Source: an uncultured Pseudomonadota bacterium (GTDB lineage Bacteria; Pseudomonadota; Gammaproteobacteria; Burkholderiales; JALYOK01). From it: a DNA stretch of 64,000 nucleotides. Made by a program: the position numbers and the translations under genes. The stretch is taken from positions 273,100 through 337,099 of the forward strand of contig CAWJAF010000004.1 of the NCBI GenBank assembly GCA_963840785.1. The letters run 5' to 3'. Position 1 is the first letter of the stretch. The number at the start of each line of letters is the position of its first letter. Under the pieces are notes generated by a model. It did no database searches and was not told the DNA's origin. It saw only the letters and a list, made by a program, of their open reading frames with translations. Positions 50,221 through 62,391 of the stretch are shown here, in pieces.

Positions 50221-50946
50221 TCAATCTCCAATGACCGCGGTTGTGTACACGTCCTGCACATCGTCGAGCGCTTCCAATGCGTCCAACAACTTCTGCATTC
50301 TCACCGCCTCATCGCCTACCAATTCGGCTTCGTTCGATGGCTTCATGCTGACTTCGGCAAATTCGGCTTTCAGACCGGCTTTCGCCAGCGCTTCCTTGAC
50401 CTGTGCAAAATCATAAGGTCCGGTCACAACTTCGAAGCTGCCATCGTCGTGGGCGATAACATCTTCGGCGCCGGCATCCAGCGCTGCTTCCATCAGCTTA
50501 TCTTCGTTCGTTCCCGGCGCGAACATCAACTGACCGCAATGTTTAAACAAAAATGCCACCGAACCGTCGGTGCCTAAATTTCCGCCATACTTGGTTAACG
50601 CGTGGCGCACATCGGCAACCGTGCGCGTTTTGTTGTCGGTCATGCAGTCGACCATCACTGCCGCGCCCGCAATGCCATAGCCTTCGTAGCGAACTTCTTC
50701 GTAACTAACGCCCTCTAATTCTCCCGAACCACGTTTGATAGCGCGCTCGATGGTGTCCTTTGGCATATTGTTTTCGTATGCTTTATCGACCGCTAAACGC
50801 ATACGCGGATTGGTGCCGATATCGCTGCCGCCCAGTCGCGAGGCGACGGTAATTTCTTTGATTAGGCGCGTGAAAATTTTGCCACGCTTTGCGTCCGTGG
50901 CGGCTTTTTTATGCTTGATATTCGCCCACTTAGAATGCCCTGCCAT
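50221..50946 (-). CDS. YebC/PmpR-family transcriptional regulator
   Basis: 241 aa. [26 protein letters not shown] is the invariant N-terminus. Confidence 0.96.
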   Translation of the reverse strand: MAGHSKWANIKHKKAATDAKRGKIFTRLIKEITVASRLGGSDIGTNPRMRLAVDKAYENNMPKDTIERAIKRGSGELEGVSYEEVRYEGYGIAGAAVMVDCMTDNKTRTVADVRHALTKYGGNLGTDGSVAFLFKHCGQLMFAPGTNEDKLMEAALDAGAEDVIAHDDGSFEVVTGPYDFAQVKEALAKAGLKAEFAEVSMKPSNEAELVGDEAVRMQKLLDALEALDDVQDVYTTAVIGD

Positions 50947-51019
50947 ACATTACCTACTCAGACTTTTCGAATCGTGTAATGATAACATCTCGAACTAATC
51001 AAACAGTGATCGGAAATCC

Positions 51020-52519
51020 ATGACCGCACCGCTTTTAATCGCGAAGAGCAACATTGATTGTGTTCTTTTGCCCAATATGGCGAATCGCCATGGCTTGATT
51101 GCCGGCGCAACCGGAACCGGCAAAACTGTCACGTTGCAAGTGCTTGCCGAACATTTCAGCAGCATCGGCGTGCCGGTATTTATGGCCGATGTCAAAGGCG
51201 ACCTCACGGGCATTAGCCAAGCGGGTGGAAATAACCCGAAAGTCGCTGAGCGAGTCAAGCAGCTCGGCCTTACGGACCATAGGCCGAGTGCTTTTCCGGT
51301 CACGCTATGGGACGTTTTCGGTGAGCAAGGCCATCCGGTTCGCGCGACGATATCTGAGATGGGGCCACTCTTGTTAGCGCGCATCCTCAGCCTGAACGAA
51401 ACGCAAGAAGGCGTGCTCGCGATGGTGTTCAAGATCGCCGACGACAATGGCATGCTGTTACTCGATTTAAAGGATTTGCGCGCGATGCTGCAATTCGTTG
51501 GCGACAATGCCAGCGATTTCACCACCGAATACGGTAACGTCTCTACCGCAAGCGTCGGCGCAATTCAACGCGGTTTGCTGACCCTAGAACAACAAGGTGG
51601 CGAAAACTTTTTTGGTGAACCCGTGTTGAATCTAGATGATTTAATGCAAACGGCCGACGGCGGCCGCGGCGTCGTCAATATCCTTGCTGCCGATAAGCTG
51701 TTGCAAGCGCCACGAGTTTACTCGACGTTTTTGCTATGGCTGCTATCGGAACTATACGAGCGCTTACCAGAAGTTGGCGATTTAGAGAAGCCGAAAATTG
51801 TATTCTTTTTCGATGAAGCCCATTTGCTGTTTAACGATGCACCGAAGCATATGTTGGAACGCATCGAGCTAGTCGTGCGCCTGTCGCGCTCGAAAGGTGT
51901 CGGGGTTTATTTCATTACGCAAAATCCGCTTGACGTCCCGGAAACAGTTCTGGGTCAACTCGGCAATCGCGTGCAACATGCGCTGCGCGCGTTCACGCCG
52001 AAAGATCAAAAGAATGTTAAAGCGGCCGCCGATACCTTTCGCGCTAACCCGAAACTCGATGTCGCGACTGCTATTACGGAACTCGCTGTTGGCGAAGCGC
52101 TTGTTTCTTTTCTCGATGAGAAAGGTCGGCCAGGTGTTGTAGAGCGCGCGTTCGTGTTACCGCCGACATCGCAAATTGGACCGATCACCGCGGCACAACG
52201 GACCGCATTAGTGCAAGGTTCATTGGTAGCGGGTCAATACGAAAAAACCATCGACCGCGAGTCTGCCTACGAAAAGCTTAAAGCGCGCGCCGATGAAGCG
52301 GCTTCCGCGACCGAAAGTGCCGGTAAAGGCATACTTGGCGGCGTGCTAGATTCCATCGGCCTCGGCGGAGCAAGTGCCTCGGGAGCCAAGCCTGGAGCGC
52401 GTCAGCGCGAGGGTATCTTGGAAGCCACCGCAAAAAGCGCCGCTCGCGCAATCGGCAGTCAACTCGGTCGGCAAATAATTCGCGGCGTACTAGGTTCAAT
52501 CTTAGGCGGTCGCCGCTAG
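51020..52519 (+). CDS. DUF853 / YjgR-family HerA-like P-loop ATPase
   Basis: 499 aa. [25 protein letters not shown]...[15 protein letters not shown] is collinear with E. coli YjgR. Confidence 0.88.
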   Translation: MTAPLLIAKSNIDCVLLPNMANRHGLIAGATGTGKTVTLQVLAEHFSSIGVPVFMADVKGDLTGISQAGGNNPKVAERVKQLGLTDHRPSAFPVTLWDVFGEQGHPVRATISEMGPLLLARILSLNETQEGVLAMVFKIADDNGMLLLDLKDLRAMLQFVGDNASDFTTEYGNVSTASVGAIQRGLLTLEQQGGENFFGEPVLNLDDLMQTADGGRGVVNILAADKLLQAPRVYSTFLLWLLSELYERLPEVGDLEKPKIVFFFDEAHLLFNDAPKHMLERIELVVRLSRSKGVGVYFITQNPLDVPETVLGQLGNRVQHALRAFTPKDQKNVKAAADTFRANPKLDVATAITELAVGEALVSFLDEKGRPGVVERAFVLPPTSQIGPITAAQRTALVQGSLVAGQYEKTIDRESAYEKLKARADEAASATESAGKGILGGVLDSIGLGGASASGAKPGARQREGILEATAKSAARAIGSQLGRQIIRGVLGSILGGRR

Positions 52520-52521
52520 CA

Positions 52522-53316
52522 ATGCGAAAATTAGTCCGCTGGGTTCTATTCGCGATCCCGGCGAGTTATGTACTAGTTTGCAGTGCGTTGTATTTCAGCC
52601 AGGATAGCTTGGTGTTTCGTCCCGAAACATTAGCTGCGGATTTTCGCTTCGACTTTCCGCAAACATTCAGTGAAGTAAATTTACCGGTCGCTGGCGCTAC
52701 GCTGAATGCGTTGCACTTCGACACGAACAACCCGAAAGGCGTGGTTTTATTTTTTCACGGCAATGCCGGTAGTTTACGGCGCTGGGGGGACGTTGCCGAA
52801 AGCTTTACAACGCGCGGTTACGATCTGTTCATTTTTGACTATCGCGGCTACGGCAAAAGCACGGGGAAAATCGCGTCGGAACAGCAACTCGTGGACGACG
52901 CGGATTACGCCTATCGTTACGTCAGCCAACACTACGCACCACAAAACATTGTCCTCTATGGACGTTCGCTCGGAACGAGTCTTGCGGCAACGATGGCACT
53001 GCGTCATCCGGCAAAAATCCTGATCCTCGAAACGCCTTATGTTAGCCTCAAGGATTTGACGGCACAGTTTTATCCGCTCGTGCCGGGATTTTTACTAAAG
53101 TATCCAATGCGAACCGATCTCGCGCTGCCACAAATCAAGATTCCTATTTATCTTTTTCACGGCACCGCAGACGAAGTGATCCCCTATGAATCGAGCCAGC
53201 GTGTGCTGCCGTTAATTCAGTCGCCGAAGGAGCTTGTCACTATTCCGGGTGGCGCACACAACGGCTTGCGCCTCACGCCAATATACAATGCGGCACTCGA
53301 TCGATTCCTACGATAG
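52522..53316 (+). CDS. alpha/beta hydrolase with N-terminal membrane anchor
   Basis: 264 aa. FFHGNAG, nucleophile elbow GRSLGT, and a C-terminal GGAHN. Confidence 0.8.
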   Translation: MRKLVRWVLFAIPASYVLVCSALYFSQDSLVFRPETLAADFRFDFPQTFSEVNLPVAGATLNALHFDTNNPKGVVLFFHGNAGSLRRWGDVAESFTTRGYDLFIFDYRGYGKSTGKIASEQQLVDDADYAYRYVSQHYAPQNIVLYGRSLGTSLAATMALRHPAKILILETPYVSLKDLTAQFYPLVPGFLLKYPMRTDLALPQIKIPIYLFHGTADEVIPYESSQRVLPLIQSPKELVTIPGGAHNGLRLTPIYNAALDRFLR

Positions 53317-53348
53317 AATGTTGCCCAATCAGCCAAGGGAGATCACGT

Positions 53349-53954
53349 ATGCCCACCAAACCCGGTGAGCGTAAGACCCAAATTCTAGAAACGCTCGCTC
53401 ATATGCTGGAACAGCCGCAGGGCGAAAAAATCACTACCGCTGCGCTCGCCGCAAAACTCGATGTCTCGGAAGCTGCGTTATATCGCCACTTCGCCAGCAA
53501 GGCGCAAATGTTTGAGGGATTAATTGAATTCATCGAGCAAACGGTTTTCTCGCTGATCAATAAAATTGCCGTCGAGGAAACGAGTGGCTTAAAGCAACTC
53601 GAGTCGGTCATTGCGTTGCTATTGGCATTCGCACAAAAAAACCAAGGTATGACCCGTGTGTTGATCGGCGACGCGCTCGTGAATGAAGACAATCGCCTGC
53701 AAGCGCGCATCAGCCAATTGCACGACCGCATCGAAGCGAGCCTAAGGCAAAGCCTGCGCGTCGCGGCTTCACAAAACGATCTTGACGCCTCGATCGAAGC
53801 CAATGCGATGGCAAATTTATTGATGTGCTTCGTCACCGGCCGTTGGCATCAGTTCGCCAAGAGCGGATTCAAACGCATGCCGACCGAACAATGGAGCGCG
53901 CAATGGCAAGCGCTTGGGCTCGGCTCCGCGTCCCCGGTCAATCAGGAAAATTAG
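53349..53954 (+). CDS. slmA: nucleoid occlusion factor SlmA (TetR family)
   Basis: 201 aa. ITTAALAAKLDVSEAALYRHFASKAQMFEGLIEFIE closely parallels E. coli SlmA. Confidence 0.9.
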   Translation: MPTKPGERKTQILETLAHMLEQPQGEKITTAALAAKLDVSEAALYRHFASKAQMFEGLIEFIEQTVFSLINKIAVEETSGLKQLESVIALLLAFAQKNQGMTRVLIGDALVNEDNRLQARISQLHDRIEASLRQSLRVAASQNDLDASIEANAMANLLMCFVTGRWHQFAKSGFKRMPTEQWSAQWQALGLGSASPVNQEN

Positions 53955-55094
53955 GTGATCCTCAAACCCGTTTTTGCGATGATGGCTGCGAAGAAGGCTT
54001 CGGATCTTTTCATCGCGGCAGGCGCAGCGATACACATCAGCGTTGACGGCAGTGTCGTGCCGATCAATCAGCAGATCATGGTGCCGGAATCGATCAAGAA
54101 AATCTGCTACGAGATCATGTCGGCCGAGCAGATCAAGACCTACGAAGAAACCCTCGAGCTGAATATGTCTCTGGTGATCCCAGAGGTCGGCAATTTCCGC
54201 ATTAACATTTACCGTCAGCGTGGCAGCATGGCCTTGGTTGCGCGTTACGTAAGCTTCAATATTCCGAGCTTGAAAGATTTGAATCTGCCACCGTTTCTGT
54301 ATGATTTAATAACGGAGAAACGCGGCTTAATTTTGGTAGTAGGTCCCACGGGTTCGGGAAAATCATCGACGCTCGCCGCGATGTTGAACCATCGCATTGC
54401 CACCAAGACCGGACATATTTTGACGTTGGAAGACCCGGTCGAATTCATGTTCCGCCATAGTAAATCCATCGTCAGTCAGCGCGACATCGGCTTAGATTCA
54501 CTTTCGTACCCTAACGCGTTAAAAAGCGCCCTGCGCCAGGCGCCAGACTGCATGCTGATCGGCGAGATTCGCGAAGCGCAAACGATGACGATGGCGATGA
54601 ATTTCGCACTCTCCGGCCACCTTTGCTTGGCGACCTTGCACGCAAATAATACCTACCACGTACTCAATCGTATCATCCAGATGTACCCGATGGAAAACCG
54701 CAATACCCTATTGCAAGATTTGTCGGTTAGCCTCAAGGCAGTCATTGCGTTGCGCTTGATGCCGGGAAAAGACGGCAAGCGTGTTCCGGCGTTCGAGTTG
54801 CTGGTCAATACACAGCGTGTTGCTGATTTGATTGAACGAGGCTCAGTCGGCGAAATCAAAGCTGCGATGCAGGAAAGCCTCTCGCCAAGTTTGATGAACT
54901 TCGATCAGTCGATCCTCAAACTATTCCGTTCCGGCCGCATTACTTGGGAGACGGCGCTTGCCAACGCCGAATCGCCAACCAATCTGTCGCTACAAGTCAA
55001 TAGCACAGAAGTTGATACGGCACGCAAAGTCGAAGCTGCGATGCCGAAAAAAGAGGCGATCTCCTTTGACTTTAGCCTGCCGAGCAGCGAGTAG
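53955..55094 (+). CDS. pilU: type IV pilus retraction-type ATPase PilU
   Basis: 379 aa. Walker A GPTGSGKSS. The PilU-type motif GHLCLATLHANN is present instead of the PilT GHLVFGTLHT. Confidence 0.88.
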   Translation: MILKPVFAMMAAKKASDLFIAAGAAIHISVDGSVVPINQQIMVPESIKKICYEIMSAEQIKTYEETLELNMSLVIPEVGNFRINIYRQRGSMALVARYVSFNIPSLKDLNLPPFLYDLITEKRGLILVVGPTGSGKSSTLAAMLNHRIATKTGHILTLEDPVEFMFRHSKSIVSQRDIGLDSLSYPNALKSALRQAPDCMLIGEIREAQTMTMAMNFALSGHLCLATLHANNTYHVLNRIIQMYPMENRNTLLQDLSVSLKAVIALRLMPGKDGKRVPAFELLVNTQRVADLIERGSVGEIKAAMQESLSPSLMNFDQSILKLFRSGRITWETALANAESPTNLSLQVNSTEVDTARKVEAAMPKKEAISFDFSLPSSE

Positions 55095-55140
55095 TGCGAC
55101 GCCGATCCAGGCTACGTCAAAATAGTTTCGCGAAATAGCG

Positions 55141-57971
<2,831 letters not shown>

Positions 57972-58822
57972 ACGGATGATTCGAGCGTAAAAAATTCTCG
58001 CTCTCGTTCTCGCCTGTCATTCCCACCCAACTAAGAATTTTTTCGACTTCCGCCGGACCCAGCTCCAGGGTTTGACCACGCTTGAGGTAAGACGGCATAT
58101 TGAGAATTCCGTAACGCACCCGTAGCAAGCGGCTCACGGTCAATCCCACCGCCTCAAATAGTCGACGCACTTCGCGATTGCGTCCTTCGCGCAGTACCAC
58201 GCCGTACCAATGGTTGCTGCCCTCACCACCACGATCGTCCAGGGTTTCTATTTTCGCCGGTCCATCGTCCAACTCAACGCCCGTGACTAAGCGCTGCGCC
58301 TGTTCTTCGCTCAATTGGCCCATTACGCGCACGGCATACTCGCGTTCCACTTCAAAGCGTGGATGCATCAACCGATTTGCCAAATCGCCATTGGTCGTAA
58401 AAATCAGTAGGCCGCTGGTACTGATGTCCAAACGTCCGACCGCAATCCATTTCTCGCCCTTTAGGCGCGGCAATTTCTCGAACACAGTGTCGCGTTCTTC
58501 CGGGTCGTCGCGGGTAACGATTTCACCTTCAGGTTTGTGATAAATCAAAATACGCGGCACATCATCGGAGAAATTGAGCTTCACCGGTCGGCCGCCGAGG
58601 GTTACGCGATCTTCATGGCCGACGCGCATACCGAGGGTCGCGACTTCGCCATTCACCATAACGTTGCCCGCTGCAATTTCTTCTTCCATTGCGCGACGCG
58701 AACCTATGCCGGCTAATGCTAGAACTTTATGTAACTTTTCGCCGCGCTCTTCGCCGTCCACTACACGGCGTGGACGCTCAGGCACTTCGCCGAATTGAGT
58801 GCGCCGCTTGCGCATCGGTCGT

Positions 58823-59392
58823 TCAATTTTCATGGGTCGCCAACGTAGGTTCTAGTTCCAGGGTATTCTGAAAATCCGCCAATGCCGGCAAATCTTCGAG
58901 GGAACGCAAATTTAAATCGTCTAAAAAATGTCGGGTTGTTGCGTAAAGCGCTGGGCGCCCGGGTACTTCCTTTTGACCGACAACATCGACCCAACCGCGC
59001 GCTTCGAGCGCCTTAATGATCTGTGTCGACACATTGACGCCGCGGATCTCCTCGATATCGCCACGCGTTACCGGTTGTTTGTAGGCAATGATCGCCAAGG
59101 TTTCCATCACAGCACGGGAATAGCGCGGCGGCTTTTCGGGATTCAGCCGATCCAAATATTTTTGAAACTCGCCGCGCGCTTGAAAACGCCAACCACTTGC
59201 AACTTGCGCAAGCTCAACACCACGATTTTGCCAATCATTTTGCAATTCGTGCAGAACGAGTTTAATCGCGTCCGCAGAAACATCCTCGTCGAATAACTTC
59301 TTTAAATCGCTCGCTGTCAGCGGCTCTTGGCTAGTCAGCAACGCCGTTTCCAATACCATCTTCATTGCCGACGAATCGCTTAGCGTGTCCAT
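58823..59392 (-). CDS. scpB: segregation and condensation protein B
   Basis: 189 aa with tandem winged helices ([29 protein letters not shown]). Confidence 0.9.
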   Translation of the reverse strand: MDTLSDSSAMKMVLETALLTSQEPLTASDLKKLFDEDVSADAIKLVLHELQNDWQNRGVELAQVASGWRFQARGEFQKYLDRLNPEKPPRYSRAVMETLAIIAYKQPVTRGDIEEIRGVNVSTQIIKALEARGWVDVVGQKEVPGRPALYATTRHFLDDLNLRSLEDLPALADFQNTLELEPTLATHEN

Positions 59393-59393
59393 A

Positions 59394-60215
59394 CTAAATC
59401 GCTCCAGCGCGCTTCACATAAATCGGGGCGAAAGGTTCGTTCTGTGTAATTTGTACCAAGGTTTCTTTCGCCAATTCCAAGATCGCAAGGAAACTCACGA
59501 CCAACTCCGGCACGCCCGCGAGCGGATTGAACAATTCAGAGAACTCGACGTAAATTCCCGAAGATAGGCGGCGCAAAATACGCGTCATGTGTTCGCGTAC
59601 CGATAACTCATCGCGCTTTACTTTGTGATGTTGCTGCAACTTGGCGCGAGTCAATAATGCTAACCAAGTATTTCGCAAATCATCAACGCTGACATAGGGT
59701 ACGCGTTGCACCAACGCATGCTCGATCCAAACCTCAACCACAGAAAAATCGCGCCCAACTTGCGGCAATGTATTGAGTTCTTCCGCTGCCTTTTTCATTT
59801 GCTCGTATTCGATCAAGCGCCGCACCAGCTCTGCACGCGGATCAAGTTCATCAGGCTTAGCTTCAATCGGCTTCGGCAACAACATGCGCGATTTAATTTC
59901 GATCAGCACTGCCGCCATCACCAAATACTCGGCCGCGAGTTCCAATTGATTCTGCCGCATCGCTTCGACATAGTCCATGTACTGTCGCGTTAATTTCGCC
60001 ATCGGAATATCGAGAATGTCGAGGGAATGTTTGCGAATCAAATACAGCAGAAGATCGAGCGGGCCCTCGAAAGTCTCAAGAAAAACCTGCAATGCCTCCG
60101 GTGGAATATACAAATCCCGCGGCATCTCGGTCATCGGCTCGCCGAGAATTTTTGCGACCATTGCAATCGGATTAAGCGGATCAGACGTAACTTCGTTCAT
60201 CGATAAATTATACAC
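59394..60215 (-). CDS. scpA: segregation and condensation protein A (kleisin)
   Basis: [31 protein letters not shown] signature. Start is the GTG at 60215 or the ATG at 60200. Confidence 0.9.
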   Translation of the reverse strand: MYNLSMNEVTSDPLNPIAMVAKILGEPMTEMPRDLYIPPEALQVFLETFEGPLDLLLYLIRKHSLDILDIPMAKLTRQYMDYVEAMRQNQLELAAEYLVMAAVLIEIKSRMLLPKPIEAKPDELDPRAELVRRLIEYEQMKKAAEELNTLPQVGRDFSVVEVWIEHALVQRVPYVSVDDLRNTWLALLTRAKLQQHHKVKRDELSVREHMTRILRRLSSGIYVEFSELFNPLAGVPELVVSFLAILELAKETLVQITQNEPFAPIYVKRAGAI

Positions 60216-60712
60216 CCTTCAATATCCGAAACAGTTGAGAGCAAGTACTATAGAAAATCACCGCGAGGTTCGAATCCTACACAAAATTGACACATGAAAT
60301 GCAATAGATGAAAATGTCGCACGAAATGTTATGGCCTATCTTTGGCTAGCTACCTCTAGTACAGCACGAATGAAATCCGGCACTAGCTCGGGTACATCGT
60401 TTGCTTAGTGTACATAACCAGAAAATCGATTAGATGACGCACGCTGCGTGACTCAATTCACTCATCTCCATGTCCCTACGATGATCATTCCAGCGTTTGG
60501 GGAATGTTCGCTATTGCCATATTTGTTTGCTCAATTCCCAACATTGCGACGAATTTGCTCGCGTGAATTTCGTCTACGTGATTTGCTTGTGTGCGATCTA
60601 ACGGCGCCGCGCCCGCCAGGGCGCAGGCCAATTGCCAAGCCATTTGACGCCCTCACGCGCCCACCTTCAACCTCCTCCAATGCCAACGACTAGCAACGCG
60701 ATCCGCAGTCCA

Positions 60713-61873
60713 ATGCGCTACGTGAACCTACTATCCGAATTTAAGCAGGCAGCGTCGCGATCGAATCGATCCCTTGCTTCTCTTCTCATTGAAGCCATTC
60801 GACTGCGCCTCTCAAACTCTCGCCTTGGCCCTTCAGAGTACATCGACTTTCAGCTTTATGAGAACGACCTCGGTTGGGTCGAGAAATCCGCGTTTGGAGG
60901 ACAGAAGAAACAGCAAGTTCTCGAAGAAATCTTAATTGATGATTATTCGAGATTTCTAAGTTTAGACAAAGTGACCATGTATTCGCTTATGTCGGGCCTA
61001 GATCTTCCCATTCCAAAAATTCGCGCGACCTATCGGACGCAACGCCCATCTGCGATACCGCAGCTTCACACCGCGTTGGAACTAGCTGATTTTCTCTCAA
61101 ATGTTTCCAACTTACCGGTCTACATTAAGCGCTCATTCGGCTCCTACGGCAGAGGGAATATTCTGGTATCGGGATTCGACGGCGAAAATGTTGTTTTCGG
61201 AAACGGCAAAAGTGAGCCCTTATCGCAGTTTTGCGCATCGCTCGATGACGGTAAAACCTTGGGATGGATGCTTCAGGAACCGCTTTTTTCTCATCCGGCT
61301 ATTTTTGAACTAACAAAGTCACGCAATATCTCCGGACTACGCATTCACACCATCGGCTCTAATCAAACTGTCCATGTTACGAAAGCAATCTTCAAAATAA
61401 ATCTAGGGCTTCGCGACTCCGATAACTTCGAACATGGTGCGAGTGGCAATATGCTTGGGGCGGTTGACACGACGAATGGCAAGATTATCCGAGCAATTTC
61501 TGGCGTTGGTATAACGCAAACGAAAAACCCGACTCATCCGACTACCGGAAAAGACATTGTTGGATTCACGATTCCCGATTGGCACAAGGTTCTAGAAATC
61601 GTCCGCGATGCCCATCGGGCATTCCCCGGATTCATTTGTCCGGGATGGGACATCGCCCTATGCCCCGATGGCCCAAGGATACTCGAGGCAAATGCGTTTG
61701 GTGATATTGATCTATCCCAACACGCCTACCGCAAGGGTTTCCTAGACCAGGAATTCCTATCTCATCTGCGTGAACTTGGTCTTGAGCATTTACTGTACGC
61801 CAAAGCGAGGCGTGGGGTTCAATCCGCGAAAAACAATCGCATGGGCAGCAGGAAACATCATTGGAATTGGTAG
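60713..61873 (+). CDS. ATP-grasp fold protein (sugar-transfer-associated ATP-grasp-like)
   Basis: LPVYIKRSFGSYGRGN..., HPTTGKDIVGFTIPDWH..., and GWDIALCPDGPRILEANAFGD match the ATPgrasp_ST / alpha-L-glutamate-ligase-like pattern. The start is uncertain (60632, 60680 or 60713). Confidence 0.6.
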   Translation: MRYVNLLSEFKQAASRSNRSLASLLIEAIRLRLSNSRLGPSEYIDFQLYENDLGWVEKSAFGGQKKQQVLEEILIDDYSRFLSLDKVTMYSLMSGLDLPIPKIRATYRTQRPSAIPQLHTALELADFLSNVSNLPVYIKRSFGSYGRGNILVSGFDGENVVFGNGKSEPLSQFCASLDDGKTLGWMLQEPLFSHPAIFELTKSRNISGLRIHTIGSNQTVHVTKAIFKINLGLRDSDNFEHGASGNMLGAVDTTNGKIIRAISGVGITQTKNPTHPTTGKDIVGFTIPDWHKVLEIVRDAHRAFPGFICPGWDIALCPDGPRILEANAFGDIDLSQHAYRKGFLDQEFLSHLRELGLEHLLYAKARRGVQSAKNNRMGSRKHHWNW

Positions 61874-61896
61874 TTGAAACGCACACGGCGAACTAA

Positions 61897-62391
61897 TTAG
61901 CGTCTATCCGAAACGTAAGCGAACTGCCTCTTCATCCAGATTAGATACTCACGGGCAGTATCAGCGCCTTCGTTCGGCGCCCACGGGAAACGCTCATTTT
62001 CCATCGGCGGCATATAGGGCCCTGCCTTGGATTCGAAGAACGCAGAATTCTTTTCCAACGCCACCAAGCTGTGAATCACGCCGGGTGGAATATCCACGCC
62101 AAGCGTTTCACTTACCGGCTGCAAAACAAAATGCTGCGTCAACTCGCCGTCTTCAGAAAAGATCAAGGCGCCGACTTTCCCGCGCAACACGACAATGCTT
62201 TCTCCCTTAGCCGGATCACGATGACAATGGGGCGGAATATAGGTATCCGGTTCCAATGCGTTTAGCAAACGATGACATGCGGCATCGTCGCTTTGATGAA
62301 AGTTTAGGTTTTTCCGTTGCCGCGGTGACGCCTGCGCGGCACCACTGACGCTATCGATTAACTGCCGCGATATGAGTTGCACGTTGATCAT
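61897..62391 (-). CDS. WbuC-family cupin-fold metalloprotein
   Basis: NFHQSDDAACHRLLNALEPDTYIPPHCH...GVIHSLVALE. The ATG at 62391 shares one base with the dnaE stop (TAATG). Confidence 0.8.
   Translation of the reverse strand: MINVQLISRQLIDSVSGAAQASPRQRKNLNFHQSDDAACHRLLNALEPDTYIPPHCHRDPAKGESIVVLRGKVGALIFSEDGELTQHFVLQPVSETLGVDIPPGVIHSLVALEKNSAFFESKAGPYMPPMENERFPWAPNEGADTAREYLIWMKRQFAYVSDRR

Noticed and set aside
60256-60285. A possible tRNA gene suggested by GGTTCGAATCC.
   Set aside because: Only the T-loop and 3 bp of T-stem are present. No acceptor, D or anticodon arms can be drawn. At most it is a relic fragment.
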